A stretch of 64,000 nt of DNA from Paraspadella gotoi. Lineage: Eukaryota; Animalia; Chaetognatha. Positions 16,125 through 28,100 of the stretch are shown in pieces. Position 1 is the first letter of the stretch. Each line of letters begins with the position of its first letter. Position numbers and translations under genes: made by a program. The DNA lies in contig CM119264.1 in the NCBI GenBank assembly GCA_051294375.1, forward strand, positions 8,067,051 to 8,131,050. The letters are read 5' to 3'. The notes beneath the pieces were generated by a model that saw only the letters and a list, made by a program, of their open reading frames with translations, did no database searches and had not been told where the DNA came from.

Positions 16125-18909
16125 TTATCGCATTGGTTTTTCCGAAAAATCGAATCTGTCCATTTGCCTGTTAGTCGAAAAATTCCCCAAGTAAAACTTT
16201 CTTCTTCCGAAACCCAAAGCATCCCTCATTCTTTTGCCCAATCCACCCGTAAAAGCCAAAGGATCGATAAGAACTTCCTCCCCCTCATGATCTTCATTTT
16301 GCATCCTTTTGCCCAAGCCACCCACAAAGCCAAAGCTGTTTGGTATCCTTTTGCTCAAGCCACCCGCAAAACCCACAGCATCTTCACTCCTGCCTACGCC
16401 ACTTGAAAAGCCAAGGCTGTTTGTTATCCTTTTGCTAAATCCGCCTGCAGAGCCCACAGCATTGCTGCTCCTTTTGCCCAAGCCACCCACAAAGCCAAGG
16501 CCATCTGGTATCCTTTTGCCCAAGCCACCTATATAGCCAAGGCCATCTGGCATCCTTTTTCCCAGGCCACCTGCAAAGCCAAGACCATCTGGAAACCTTT
16601 TGCCAAGGCCACCTGCAAAGCCAAGACCATCTGGAAACCTTTTGCCAAGGCCACCTGCAAAGCCAAGGCCATCTGGTATCCTTTTGCCCAAACCGCCCGC
16701 GAAGCCCACAGCATCTCCACTCCGTTTGCCTAAGCCACCCGCTAAGCCAAGGTCATCAGGTATGCTTTTGGTCAAGACGCCTGCAGAGCCCACAGCATCG
16801 CTGCTCCTTTTGCCTAAGCCACCCGCAAAGCCAAGGTCGTCTGGGATCCTTTTGCCTAAGCCGCCCATAAAACTTAATATGTCTCCACTCCTTTTGTCTG
16901 AATATTTAGCATTGTTAAGCCAATCGCCCAAGCCCTTGTTGAAAGCTCTGGCAAAATACAAAGAATCTTCGTCGTCGTCTTTGGTGTCGCCAGAGTCTGT
17001 GACGACATTCGTCCAGTCCTCGCTCCTTTTTCCCAAACCTCCGGCGAAGATGAGGGGATCGATACCGCGCTTAGGTGGTCCGCTCTAAACCAAAAGATAA
17101 GGGAAAAAACTAAGAAAGATTAAAACAGCGCTAAATAACATGACTACAAATGACTACAGACTACATACTGCAATGCCATCACAACTCACTTGCAGCAATT
17201 GCAGCAACTGATGTCGTCGAGCCGCTTCGGATGATGTTGGCCGGAGGAGCTGACTCGATTCATCGAGGTTGAAATCGAGCAAATTATTCGGCGGGCCGTT
17301 GGGGGCCGACACTAACCCCGCTCGTTTCTCTACTCTCCTCGGAACGAAAACGAAGAATGACTCGTCGGCGTCTTCCGGGATCGGGCTCGCTGAGAAATAA
17401 AACTTATTTCGAGTCTCAAAAAGGGATCATTATTTACAATATTCAAATTTTATGAAATATCGAGAGTCACAACTCCCAGAACAAGTTTGAGCAAACAATG
17501 CGGGATCTGTCCACGATCATTAGCGGTAATTAATTAATTAATTGGTCCTTGACCAAGACAAAAGCAATGATGATGATGGCGACGACGATGATGGCGACGA
17601 CAACAATGAATAATTCATAAATTTATAAATACATTGAATGATTGAATAATTAATAATTGATAATAATTGATAATTTACTAATTAATTAGTTAATTATTGG
17701 TTATTTAATTGATTAATTGAGTAATTATTTGATTAATTAATACATCTTGCATTTAAATTTAATATAAAAAGATAAAGAAGCATAATTAGTTAGTGAAACA
17801 GGTTTTTTGCTTTTTCCATTTAAACTCATTTCCACTCAGCCGATTCCATCGAAACTTAATTTCCAGCTCAATCACACACTTTCCTACCCAAATACAAAAT
17901 TTTAAGTCAATCGCCCATATACTCATGAGTAATTGGCGTTCAAAGCTAAGGGGAAACGGACAGACGGACGATCGGATGGACGGTCGGACAGACAGACAGA
18001 CGACGGACATCGTTTATTTGCATAATTTATCATAATTCGATGTTCTGACATGATCTAAGTTTCATACCGACAAGCGTTTGGGGTAGGACCGACGGACCGA
18101 CAAAGTGAATTATTGTGTCAGGAAATTGTCTTTGGTCTCTTTATGTATGAGCCTAATACAGGCTCACACCAAAAAAGGCAAGGCAAAATAATACATCCGC
18201 ACAACAAGTAAACGATATCTATGATATTCAATATTTAATTATGATTATCTCTTTTTCTTATTATCTTACTATCTAGGAAAAAAGTATATCACATTTTAAT
18301 AAAAAATATCTACTCGAAAATTTATTTGATTTAAAAATAATTAAAATATTTGCAAATCTACATTAAATTTTTTTTCAGTAACTTCTTTCTATTTTTTTGT
18401 AAGTCAAATCGTTTTGAAGTGACAGGCAAAAAAATATTATTACTTCAAATAAAAATAGTGAAAAAAATTATATTTATTTTTTTATTATTTTTAATATTTA
18501 ATTATTTTTTTTAATTTGGCAATGCACCTTTTTTTGGTTCAATAAAGTGCTATTATAGCTTTCAGAAAAGAGGGAAAAATGCAAAACATCCATATCAGGT
18601 CTAAAAATTGTGTTAAAGATGTGGAAAAATATTTCACTGTCCTACCTCAATTTGCTGTATAAGAGCATGCCCAAATAAATGTAGGCAGTAATCGATGCCG
18701 AAGAAAAGCATACTAAATATTGAGAATATTTTACCTATGTTTGGTATATTTTTTATAGAATAAATGAAATATGTGATATACTTTTTTCCTAGATAGTATA
18801 TAGCAATCAGCATTCGGTACCGACCTTCGTTCAAGCCGTAGGAATGTAGGCAGAAAACATTAGTAGAAGTAACAAATATTAAAATCAAAGTTCGTTCGAC
18901 AAGTAACAT
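16125..18909 (-). CDS. Buccalin/allatostatin-A-type neuropeptide precursor (three coding exons)
   Basis: The signal-peptide exon MLLVERTLILIFVTSTNVFC (ATG 18909) splices in phase to exon ~17189-17390 and then to ~17086-16125. Twelve GGL-GKR units occur (GIDPLIFAGGLa, IPDDLGFAGGLa, FPDGLGFAGGLa, IPNSFGFVGGLa etc.) and match Aplysia buccalin A GMDSLAFSGGLamide. The DNA unit is a 42-bp tandem. Confidence 0.9.
17480..18176 (+). mobile_element. Helentron-associated (HINE/DINE-1-like) non-autonomous element, family 1, in the neuropeptide intron
   Basis: The 5' AACAAGTTTGAGCAAAC...GGATCTG...AGCGGTAAT block and the 3' GCTCAATCACACACTTT...GATGTTCTGACATGAT...GACGGACCGACAAAGTGAATTAT block are shared with 26512-27692. 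It also has a GACA/GACGG microsatellite (~17960-18008) and a terminal hairpin TGAGCC-TAATACA-GGCTCA before an A-run. Confidence 0.7.
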
Positions 18910-19086
18910 CTTAAACCTGAGAGAATTTTTTTAAAAAAATGCTTTAAAGGTAAAAAAACCGTATCGTAGCAACCAGGACAAAAATGTTATTCTTAACCTC
19001 AACTTGGCCGATAAAGTTTAGTTGCAGCATCAAAAGCGCAACCGCGTTCGGAATCTAAGTCTGAGGGACGAGCGAACGTCGGCGCG

Positions 19087-19110
19087 TTTTTGTAGCCTGA
19101 GCTGACGTCA
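19087..19110 (-). promoter_or_regulatory. Perfect CRE (TGACGTCA, 19103-19110) plus TATA-like TACAAAAA upstream of the neuropeptide 5' non-coding exon
   Basis: The palindromic CRE sits ~10 bp upstream of TACAAAAA (minus strand). A donor GAG|GTTAAG near 18997 and an acceptor just before ATG 18909 define a 5'UTR exon. Confidence 0.6.
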
Positions 19111-19356
19111 CGAGGAAGAGGAGCAGTCGGAAGAAGAACGAAAAGAAGAGTAATAATAAAGAAAATGATGAAATTAAAATTGAAAATTTATTTTTGAAAA
19201 AAAAGGAGAAATAAAAGTAGTATTACAAATATTAATCAAAATAATGAAGTATTTATGCATTTATTAACGTAGATAACGTTGACGTCGGACAAAAAAAAAT
19301 TAAGCGAAAAACTTCCAAGAATTTATTCAGTATAATTTTTAACACAATTTATTTTC

Positions 19357-19397
<41 letters not shown>

Positions 19398-19439
19398 CCT
19401 AATTCTTGTTCCTCTTTTCCTTTCCTTTTCTCTTTCTTT

Positions 19440-22400
19440 TTATTCCGGATTGTCTTCCATTCCTAACGGCAAATCCGGGACTAAATCCTGAATGTTCTTT
19501 CCCTCTTCGAGTCGCTTTTCCATCTCAATCATGAGCTTCACTCCGTCGTATACCTAAATTTTACAGCGTGGTTTTTGTTATGTTTTCGTTGTTGTTGTTG
19601 TTTTTTGGGGTTTTTTTTTGCCAAAAAAGTAAAATAATTGGGAGCACCAAATGAAATCATGAACTAGTAGTTTGAAATAAATTAAAAGTGTAAAAAGATA
19701 ATAACTTAAAACTTGAGTTAAAACTAAAAACATAAATTAGGGAAAACGAATTTTTGTTTAAGAGGAACAAAGTAAAGAAAAGAGAAGAGAAGATGAGAGA
19801 AAAGAAGTCAAAAGAAGGGAAAAAAAAGAGACAAGACAAAGCAAGAAAAGAAAAGAGAAAGAGAAAGAGAAAGAGAAAGAGAAAGAAAACAAACAAAACT
19901 AGTTCTCGCCTTAAGAACGAGTTCTGCCTCGGAGAATCCCAACCGATCGAGATTCGAAATATCGAAGGTTCCATCTTCGCCCGAGGTGTCAACTCCGCCT
20001 ACGGGTAAACGAACAAAAAAATTAAATATATTGAAAACGTTATGTTTAAATTTAAAGCCAGAAAGAAATCCTCTCACCAGTCCCTCTCTTCTGAAGTCTG
20101 TAGGCTTTTAGAACAGTGAGAAAGTGGGGCGTGGCCGAAAGTAAGGGAATCTTGATGTGGACTCCGGCGCGAACTCCAGTACCGAGGTTAGATGGACATG
20201 TGAGAATATAGCTGAGACGTTGAGAAAACGTTGGGAAAATCTACGATTATTTTTCTTTTTAATTTTATTCGTAAATCAATGATTTGAGATGTCATTTGTT
20301 TAAACAAGAAAAGCTAATATCAATGGAACTTTGATAATGATCACGCACACTCAAAAAAACAAAAAAAACAAAAGATTTTCGATATCCTGAAGGCACTACT
20401 TCGACTTCAACAGGTAAACATAATTCCTTTCTCCTCGCCTCACCCCAAATGACGATTCCACATAAAACTGTGACCCTGACGCCGGAGGGAATTCTCGAAT
20501 AGGTTAAGTCCGTTGCAGAAGCGCGTAAAGACGTTTAACATGGCGCCGCCCTTTTCCATGGAGATTACTCTAACCGAGGGAGAGTAATTCCAAAAAAAGT
20601 TGATATGCCCATTTCCCAATTGCCCAATTAAATTTCACTTAAAATCTAACTACTATAGGTATAGTCACTAGCCAGTCCAAAGTCTGGGGCAAGATATCTT
20701 ATTTCTTGAATAAATGGATTTTTGTATTGGTTGCGCCAATTTCATAATTGAGACAACCGTATGTGATCTTCCTCGTTGATCCAGACGAGAAAGTTCTTCA
20801 TGTTGTTGTACCAGATGCCTCGAGCGTCGGGCCAGTCACGAGCCATCCCTAAGATTGATCGACGATAAAATGAAAAAAACTTTTAACTTTGTACTCATAG
20901 AGAATTCCTCACCGGAGGCCGTGAGAAGCGGTGAAACGGGTTTGTCGAACAAGAAATGCTCCTCTATCAACTTGTGTTGCTGCGCAGGAGTCAGTTTTCT
21001 CAGTGGGTAGTAGTGTCCTCGGAATTCGCCTGCTCAATCCAATTAAAGTAAATTAGGTGAATCAATAAATTCATGCATGAATGCATTTTCCCGCAAGGCT
21101 CATTTTCGGAATCATCTCCCTCCTTCCACTCAATGACCTTACCCCCCTCACCGCCCAAAGTGTTGAGGGCCTTTCCCACGATCCTCTCCACCATCCGCCG
21201 CTCGTACCGATTGCAAAAAGGCGGGAGGGCAAAGCCGCGGACGCTTCGACCCGTCCGCACTCTGGAGGAGAGGACATACTTAGGATCGAGATCGTCGCCG
21301 ATGAGAATAGACTTCGGATCCAGGTTAGTCTTGTGCCACATGTCGGGGGTGTAACTAAAAGAAAGGAAGAAAAAATCGGCAAATATATTTAAATTTAATC
21401 GACTTATCACTTCGCACCCGTTGTGTCTCTTCTCTATGAGAGGGTCTAAAAATTGGGCGAAGGTCTCGAAGGATTCCTCGTCGCCCGCGACGGCGCCGCA
21501 AGTGAAAATGTACGGGTGACCGGGATTGTCCACTCCGGTTTGAATCACCTGGAGGAGATTCAAACTAAGTAAGCGACTTCACAGAGACGACGAACAACGA
21601 CGTTACTGGCTCTACCTCATCGAGCGTGTATCCTTTAGGTGTCGCCAGAGTGCGGAGCTCGTCGTACATTTCCGGAGTTAACACCTTGGAAACAAGTTTT
21701 AGTTTCATTTCGATCTTCAATCTCAAAACTTTTATTCTGCAAAAGGCACGAAACTGTAAATTGTCTTTGGTGTTGGTTATCATAACAATATACAAACCTT
21801 CGCCATCCAATTGTTGTGATTTTCAATTGCGGGATAATTCGAAGCACGCGGAACTACCTAAAACGAAAGAAAAACTCATTTATTATAGGAGCAGGTTCGA
21901 AGACGCGCATTAAAATTAAATGTCATACGGAATGTCTGAAATTCATCAATCACCAGTTTGGTCGGCATTGGCGTTTTTTTATAGCCTCGGGTCAGAGTTT
22001 TTTTCTTCTTAGCCGGAACAAGTCTGGCAAAATCCGCCAAAAAACGAAATCGTATATAAAAATCGAGGTTCAGAAGCAAAAAAAAACAAAAAAAAAACGG
22101 AAAAAAACCTTTTGATGTCTTCGCGAGCCTTGAGTCGCTTCTCGATGTTGATGAGTGTGTTGACGCCGTCAATGAGTTCCTGAAAATTTTTAAAACACGA
22201 TCTTGAAGTTGTCGTGGCTGTGGAAGCGACGGGCCGACCTGCAATAGTTCGACTTCGGACTGGCCCAGCCTGTCAGAGTTGGAGATGTCAAAAACGTTTC
22301 CAGTGGCTGCCGTATCGACCCCACCGATGCCTCGCTTCTGCAGCTTGAGGTTCTCGAGGATTTGCTTGAATTCGGGCTGTAAGTGCAATTATTACACGGC

Positions 22401-22882
22401 GATTTGTTCCGTATAAAATTTTCAACTAAATCTGGACAAAGAAACAAAGACCTTATCGGGGCTTTTCTTCTCACACCCTTAAAAAACGGCCTGACCTTGG
22501 ATCCCAACAGCGGTAGGGATATGTGGACCCCGGCCCGCATTCCGGTTCCGAGATTCGAAGGACAAGTGAGAATGTAACCATGGTGTTCGTTCCACATGAA
22601 ATCGTGTCCCTCGCGACTGCCAAATGACGCAGAGATTAAAGGTTTTGTCGGTAGGTTAAAACGTGAAAATGAGCAAGAATATGCAAGAGTTAATGGAGGA
22701 AGACGTTATAGTTTTCATTACGAATGTATTAGTGTGTTATTAACCGAATCGCCTCTTCGAAAAGTCTCAGCCCTTGACACCACCGCTCGAAGGTAAGCTT
22801 CATGTTTCCACCCGGCTGCATTGATATGATTCGCAAATGATCCTGAAGACGGTAGCTCATAAGTCTGGATGTCTCTTTGTCC

Positions 22883-22918
<36 letters not shown>

Positions 22919-24541
22919 TTTTTTTTTCTTCCTTCCCTCGGTCAGAAAATTAAGTGTTGAGTCTCTCTCTCTCTCTTTCTCCATTTTTGTCTGTTTGTCT
23001 GTGTGTCTCTCTCTCTCACTTTCTTTCTCTATCTCTCGCACTCACTCTCTCAAAAAATATACACCTCCTCATTGATCCAAACGAGAAAGTTCTTATCCTC
23101 ATTGTGCCAAATTCCACGACCGTCGGGCCAATCGCGCGCCATCCTGGATGATATTAGCAGAGGGGAGACCGGCTTGTCGAAAAGGAAGTGGTCCTCTAAA
23201 TAGCAAATGGATTTTAATTGAAAAGTCGCCAGCTTAAAAGACGACTCGGAAAATTCATGTTATTCGATTATTCATTCGCCTACCAATAAGTCTATTTTGA
23301 TCCTCCTCCGTCATGGTCGACAGGGGATAGTAGCTGCCTTTGAATTCGCCTTCCAACGAAGACAACGCTAGCAGAGGACAAAAAAATATATTTTACTTCA
23401 GCTCGAACTCGGAATCGTTTGACAACTCGTGAATTTCCACCTTTGCAAGAGATACGCTCGACCTCGCGACGTTCTGCTCGATCGCAGGCAGGAGGCAAAC
23501 GAAGACCCCGGATGGACCTAGTATTATTACTAATAATATTAGTAATACTAATAATATTAGTAAAGATTTATACCAGATTTCTATCAGTCGGAGCATTTTC
23601 AACTTTAGACAAAAACAACTAAACGTTCACAACCTGCCCGTCCTGACGCGGACAGAGGTGACGTAGTCTTCGTCAAAAAACGCCTCGCCCTCGATTTTTG
23701 ACGGTTCCATACAGGTTTTATGCAGGGCGTCGGGTGGATAACCGTTATGGCGCTTGTCGATTACCTTCGTGATGTCGAAGGACGAATGATAGAAAAGTCA
23801 AAAGAAGATCAAAGAGTGATTGGCCCATTGGAAAGTAATATCGAAAATTAAAATATAGGTGGGAAAGAGAAAAATTTTCAGTTACCCACTTGATCGAAAA
23901 AAGGTGCAAATACATGGTAGCACTCCTCGTCTCCAGCCACGCATCCGACCGTATAAATGTGGGGATGTCCAGGGTTGTCAACCCCAGTTTGAATGCACTG
24001 GTCCAAGGTGAATCCTATATAGGCAGTCTAAGCCTTCATAAGGACGAGGTATAAACTCAAGGAAAAAAATTATCTCACCTTTCGGAGTCTTAAGCTCCTT
24101 TAGCTTACAGTACAATTCTCGCGTCAAAACCGCTGACATGCAGTTATGATGATGACGCATGTCCGGAAAGTTATCTACGGTCTCAGGACAAAAGTTGTCA
24201 GGGCATCGGCCAGGTTCGCAAATGCCCTAAATCGGGAAGATTTTCGTACATTTCTCTAAAGGTCACCCGAAAACCGAAGAAAACTATTTCAAGTAACGTT
24301 TTCCGCTCAATGAAAACAGCAATTGGGGAAACTATCATCTTGATCGTGAATCGCTTTTCTCTCCAAAAAAACCTGACACGCGGACGATCCGTAAGGAGGG
24401 GCTTCCGGTTCACGCTTGCAAACGCAGCACGCCGCTTCTAACTGTCCCGGTAATAATCAACTTTAATCAACTACAAGAAAACCTCGCCTAATTATGAATC
24501 AATCGTACTTTACGGTGAATAGGGTCGCAATGATGCGCCAT
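19440..24541 (-). CDS. Contiguous two-domain creatine kinase (phosphagen kinase) with Cys-rich N-terminal extension; ~22 exons
   Basis: Two complete motif sets: [19 protein letters not shown] / [67 protein letters not shown](I/T)GGVDT and FDISN.DRLG.SE. The linker is [23 protein letters not shown] and the stop is at 19440-19442. The undeleted GS loop, RHNG arginine and GGVD valine are creatine-kinase specificity features. Confidence 0.92.
20672..20748 (+). repeat. Short (~80 bp) dispersed repeat, copy 1
   Basis: GTCCAAAGTC(T/A)GGGGCAAGATATCTTATTT...ATGGAT...TATTGGTTG..CCAATTTCATAAT also occurs at 48973-49055 and, partial and reversed, at 35420-35484. Confidence 0.75.
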
Positions 24542-25104
24542 TTTCTTTAACTTTGAGCTCTGGGTCAAGACGAAGTAACGCGCGAAACTACGCCAAGAAC
24601 GTAACATGGCGTCGTCGACGAAATAACCTTCGATCGACGGGGGGCAACTAAGACCATCTAGCCTCATCTTTCGATTGCGTGCCTCTTAAGTAACTTCTAA
24701 AGCAATATTTGTTTCGACTGACAATCGTTTATGCAAAAAAGAAGATTTGAAAATGTAACAAATTGCATTGAAAATGATTTTTCTTAACCATGAATGACAA
24801 CGTAACAAACAAAATTTACGAGGGAATCAACTGTATCAACAAAAAAAAAATATTTACACTATTCCTAGGTTAATTTATAAAAAAATATCCTTTTTTAACC
24901 AAATAGGTTTATCAGGCGAAGTTGTAATTGTTTTAGAAATAAATTTTATTCAACCAATTTAAATAACGGAAATTATTAATCTCTACGTATTATTGTGAAA
25001 ATAACAAATGTTTAAAAACAAACTGTCAGATAAACTATAAAGTAGTAAGACACTCGATGTTATCACCCAGCATTTCAAGTTTCTCCCAACAAACTAATGT
25101 TTCA

Positions 25105-28100
25105 TCAACCATCTTCTTCACTGCTCGAGTCCCTTTCATCCATGTCTTCGTCGTCAACATCATCGTCGCCCAAGACATCACCATTTTTATCGGCTCCCTC
25201 GGACTCTATATCTCGGCCTCCCTCTTCTAAATTATCGACTTCAAGTTCTTCTTCCGATCCCACCGGACTTGCCGGCGCCGAGATATCGATCCACCCACCG
25301 ACGACCTCGTCCTGGTCGCTCTCAGAGTCTTTCATTAATTCGTTCTCGTCGCGAGGCTCATCGTCGTCAGAATCTTCTTCGAATGCGAACCTCGCCGCCA
25401 TGGCCGTCGTCGGTTCAACTCCGACACGTCCGGAATCGTCACTCGCTCGCTCCTTTCGTAGTCTCACTTGAGCTAGCACCAGTTCAAGCCGCCCCTGCAG
25501 CTTACTGGCGCGAGCGAGCGTATCGGCCCGCGCCTCCATGGACTGGCGAAGACCGGCAATCCGCCGGAGGGAATCGGGTCGCGTCAAAAGGAAGCCCGCT
25601 CGTTGCTTCAGTAGCCACTTGAGCCACCGGGCGGCGTTGAGAGCGGAATTAGAGTGAGTCATAATACGGGATGCGATGACGTCGAGAAGGGGGTCAACGT
25701 AGTCGATAGCGAGTGAATTAAGAGTGTTGCGGATAATCACGTCGTTCGATTCCTTAGATAAAACATTCCATTTTTTAAATTTTACAATAACTTATCAGAT
25801 ATCCCATAATTTTGAAAAATAAACGTTATCGTGCCCACCTGCATAACGCTGTTGATTATCGTAACGTCTTTAGATACGAGACCCTGCGTAAGCAACAGCG
25901 ATTTTTCCTTCGGTTTAGGGATCACCCCGATTTGAGAGGGCGCCCCCGTTTGTCTTGTTGTAGAAGCTTTGTTGTCCCTCGATTCCATCGACAAAATTTC
26001 GGCGAAGCATCGCGTCTCGGATACCTCTTCCGTCTTCTCGGAGATTTTTCGCTTTCTCGTCGCTTTCGGCGTCACCGACAGACTACCAGGGCCCAAAACC
26101 TTGACTTTATCGCCAAATTCTGGCTTACGAACTCCGTGAACATCAGGGGCGGCGTCGGTGGAGTTTGGTGTCATCGGAGAGGGTCGGTGATGACGTTGCA
26201 GAGTGACGTGAGGCGTCGTTGGGTCATAGGGAACACGGTCGAAGGCGGGGCGGAGAAAGGAACCATAACAAAAGAGGATTTCCTTGTCGACACGGACGAG
26301 GGAGGTGAGGACGGCCAGGGTGGATGAATCTAAATCGAAGGACGATAATGATCATTGGAGTAATTTCACTTGCATCTGTTTTTATGCATTAAACAATTTA
26401 TGCGCGATGAGTTAACTTTATGAAAAGTGACAACTAATTTTTTTATCGCAACAAAGTTAAAGAAAACTTAATACCTAAAAAAAGTTCCATCATTTTTTAA
26501 ATTTTGTTCTCAAACAAGTTTGAGCAAACTATGTCGGATCTGCCTACGACAATTAAGCGGTAATCAGCTAATCAGCTGATAAATGACGATAATTCTTTCG
26601 ATTTGTGATCCTCGCTTATCATAACAGATCGTACCATACCAAACTACCATACATGTAAATCGCTTCTTGCAAGGGATCCATTTTTTCAACTTGCACCATT
26701 TTTTCAACTTGCACCATTTTTTCAACTTGCACCATTTTTTCAACTTGCACCATTTTTTCAACTTGCACCATTTTTTCAACTTGCACCATTTTTCAACTTG
26801 CACCATTTTTTCAACTTGCACCATTTTTTCAACTTGCACCATTTTTTTCAACTTGCACCATTTTTTCAACTTGCACCATTTTTTCAACTTGCACCATTTT
26901 TTTCAACTTGCACCATTTTTTCAACTTGCACCATTTTTTCAACTTGCACCATTTTTTCAACTTGCACCATTTTTTCAACTTGCACCATTTTTTCAACTTG
27001 CACCATTTTTTCAACTTGCACCATTTTTTCAACTTGCACCATTTTTTTCAACTTGCACCATTTTTCAACTTGCACCATTTTTCAACTTGCACCATTTTTT
27101 CAACTTGCACCATTTTTTCAACTTGCACCATTTTTTTCAACTTGCACCATTTTTTCAACTTGCACCATTTTTTCAACTTGCACCATTTTTTCAACTTGCA
27201 CCATTTTTTCAACTTGCACCATTTTTTCAACTTGCACCATTTTTTCAACTTGCACCATTTTTTCAACTTGCACCATTTTTTCAACTTGCACCATTTTTTC
27301 AACTTGCACCATTTTTTCAACTTGCACCATTTTTCAACTTGCACCATTTTTTCAACTTGCACCATTTTTTCAACTTGCACCATTTTTTTAAATTAATTAA
27401 TTAATCAATTAACTAATTAAAACATTTATAAGTGAGCATAAATAATAAAATTTCAAGTCTACTTGACTTTGGTTTTTTTCATATAAACATTTCCATTCCT
27501 CGATTCCATCCATATTCTGCTCAATCACACACTTTTCTACCCACACAAAATTTTTTTTTAAATAAATTATCATAATTTGATGTTCTGACATGATTTAAAT
27601 TAATGCCCGATAAGATTGAGGGGGCGGACTGACGGACCGACAAAGTGAATTATAGAGTCGGAATCTGACTGATAAGCAGATACGACTAAAAATTGTTAAC
27701 AAAGAGTGGCTAAAAATGGTGATAATTATGAATGCAACAAACCTGATGCCTCAACGACGTTGATTGTGACTTTGGGGTTGAGGGGTTTTTGCATTGGGCC
27801 GTTGAGTCGATGTTGAAAGACATGAAGCAGTCCAGCTTTTGACACTACCGATATGAGGATGGGCTAAGAAAGCAAAGAAAATGAGCATAAGTTATATAAT
27901 ATCAATAAAAATGCAAGACTCCTAAAAAAACCGACCTCTCCAATCGACTCCGGCTGCTTGAGACTAAGGTCTTGCGGCTCCTCCGGAATCGTCATGGAAA
28001 CCAAAGCGCTGGTAGTGACGGCTCCGGCACCCTTGACGTCCGGGTTATGTTGCCAAATGTTGATGACTCGATCGTCTCGGGCTGCGGAAACGAAGTAAGG

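Noticed and set aside
16309-17088. Plus-strand Pro/Lys-rich ORFs (PKPPAKP repeats)
   Set aside because: Antisense shadow of the neuropeptide repeats.
26678-27389. 18-bp array as a CRISPR array or as coding ORFs (FFNLHH/KKWCKL repeats)
   Set aside because: There are no spacers and no cas genes, and the array sits in a eukaryotic intron. The ORFs are artefacts of a stop-free repeat.
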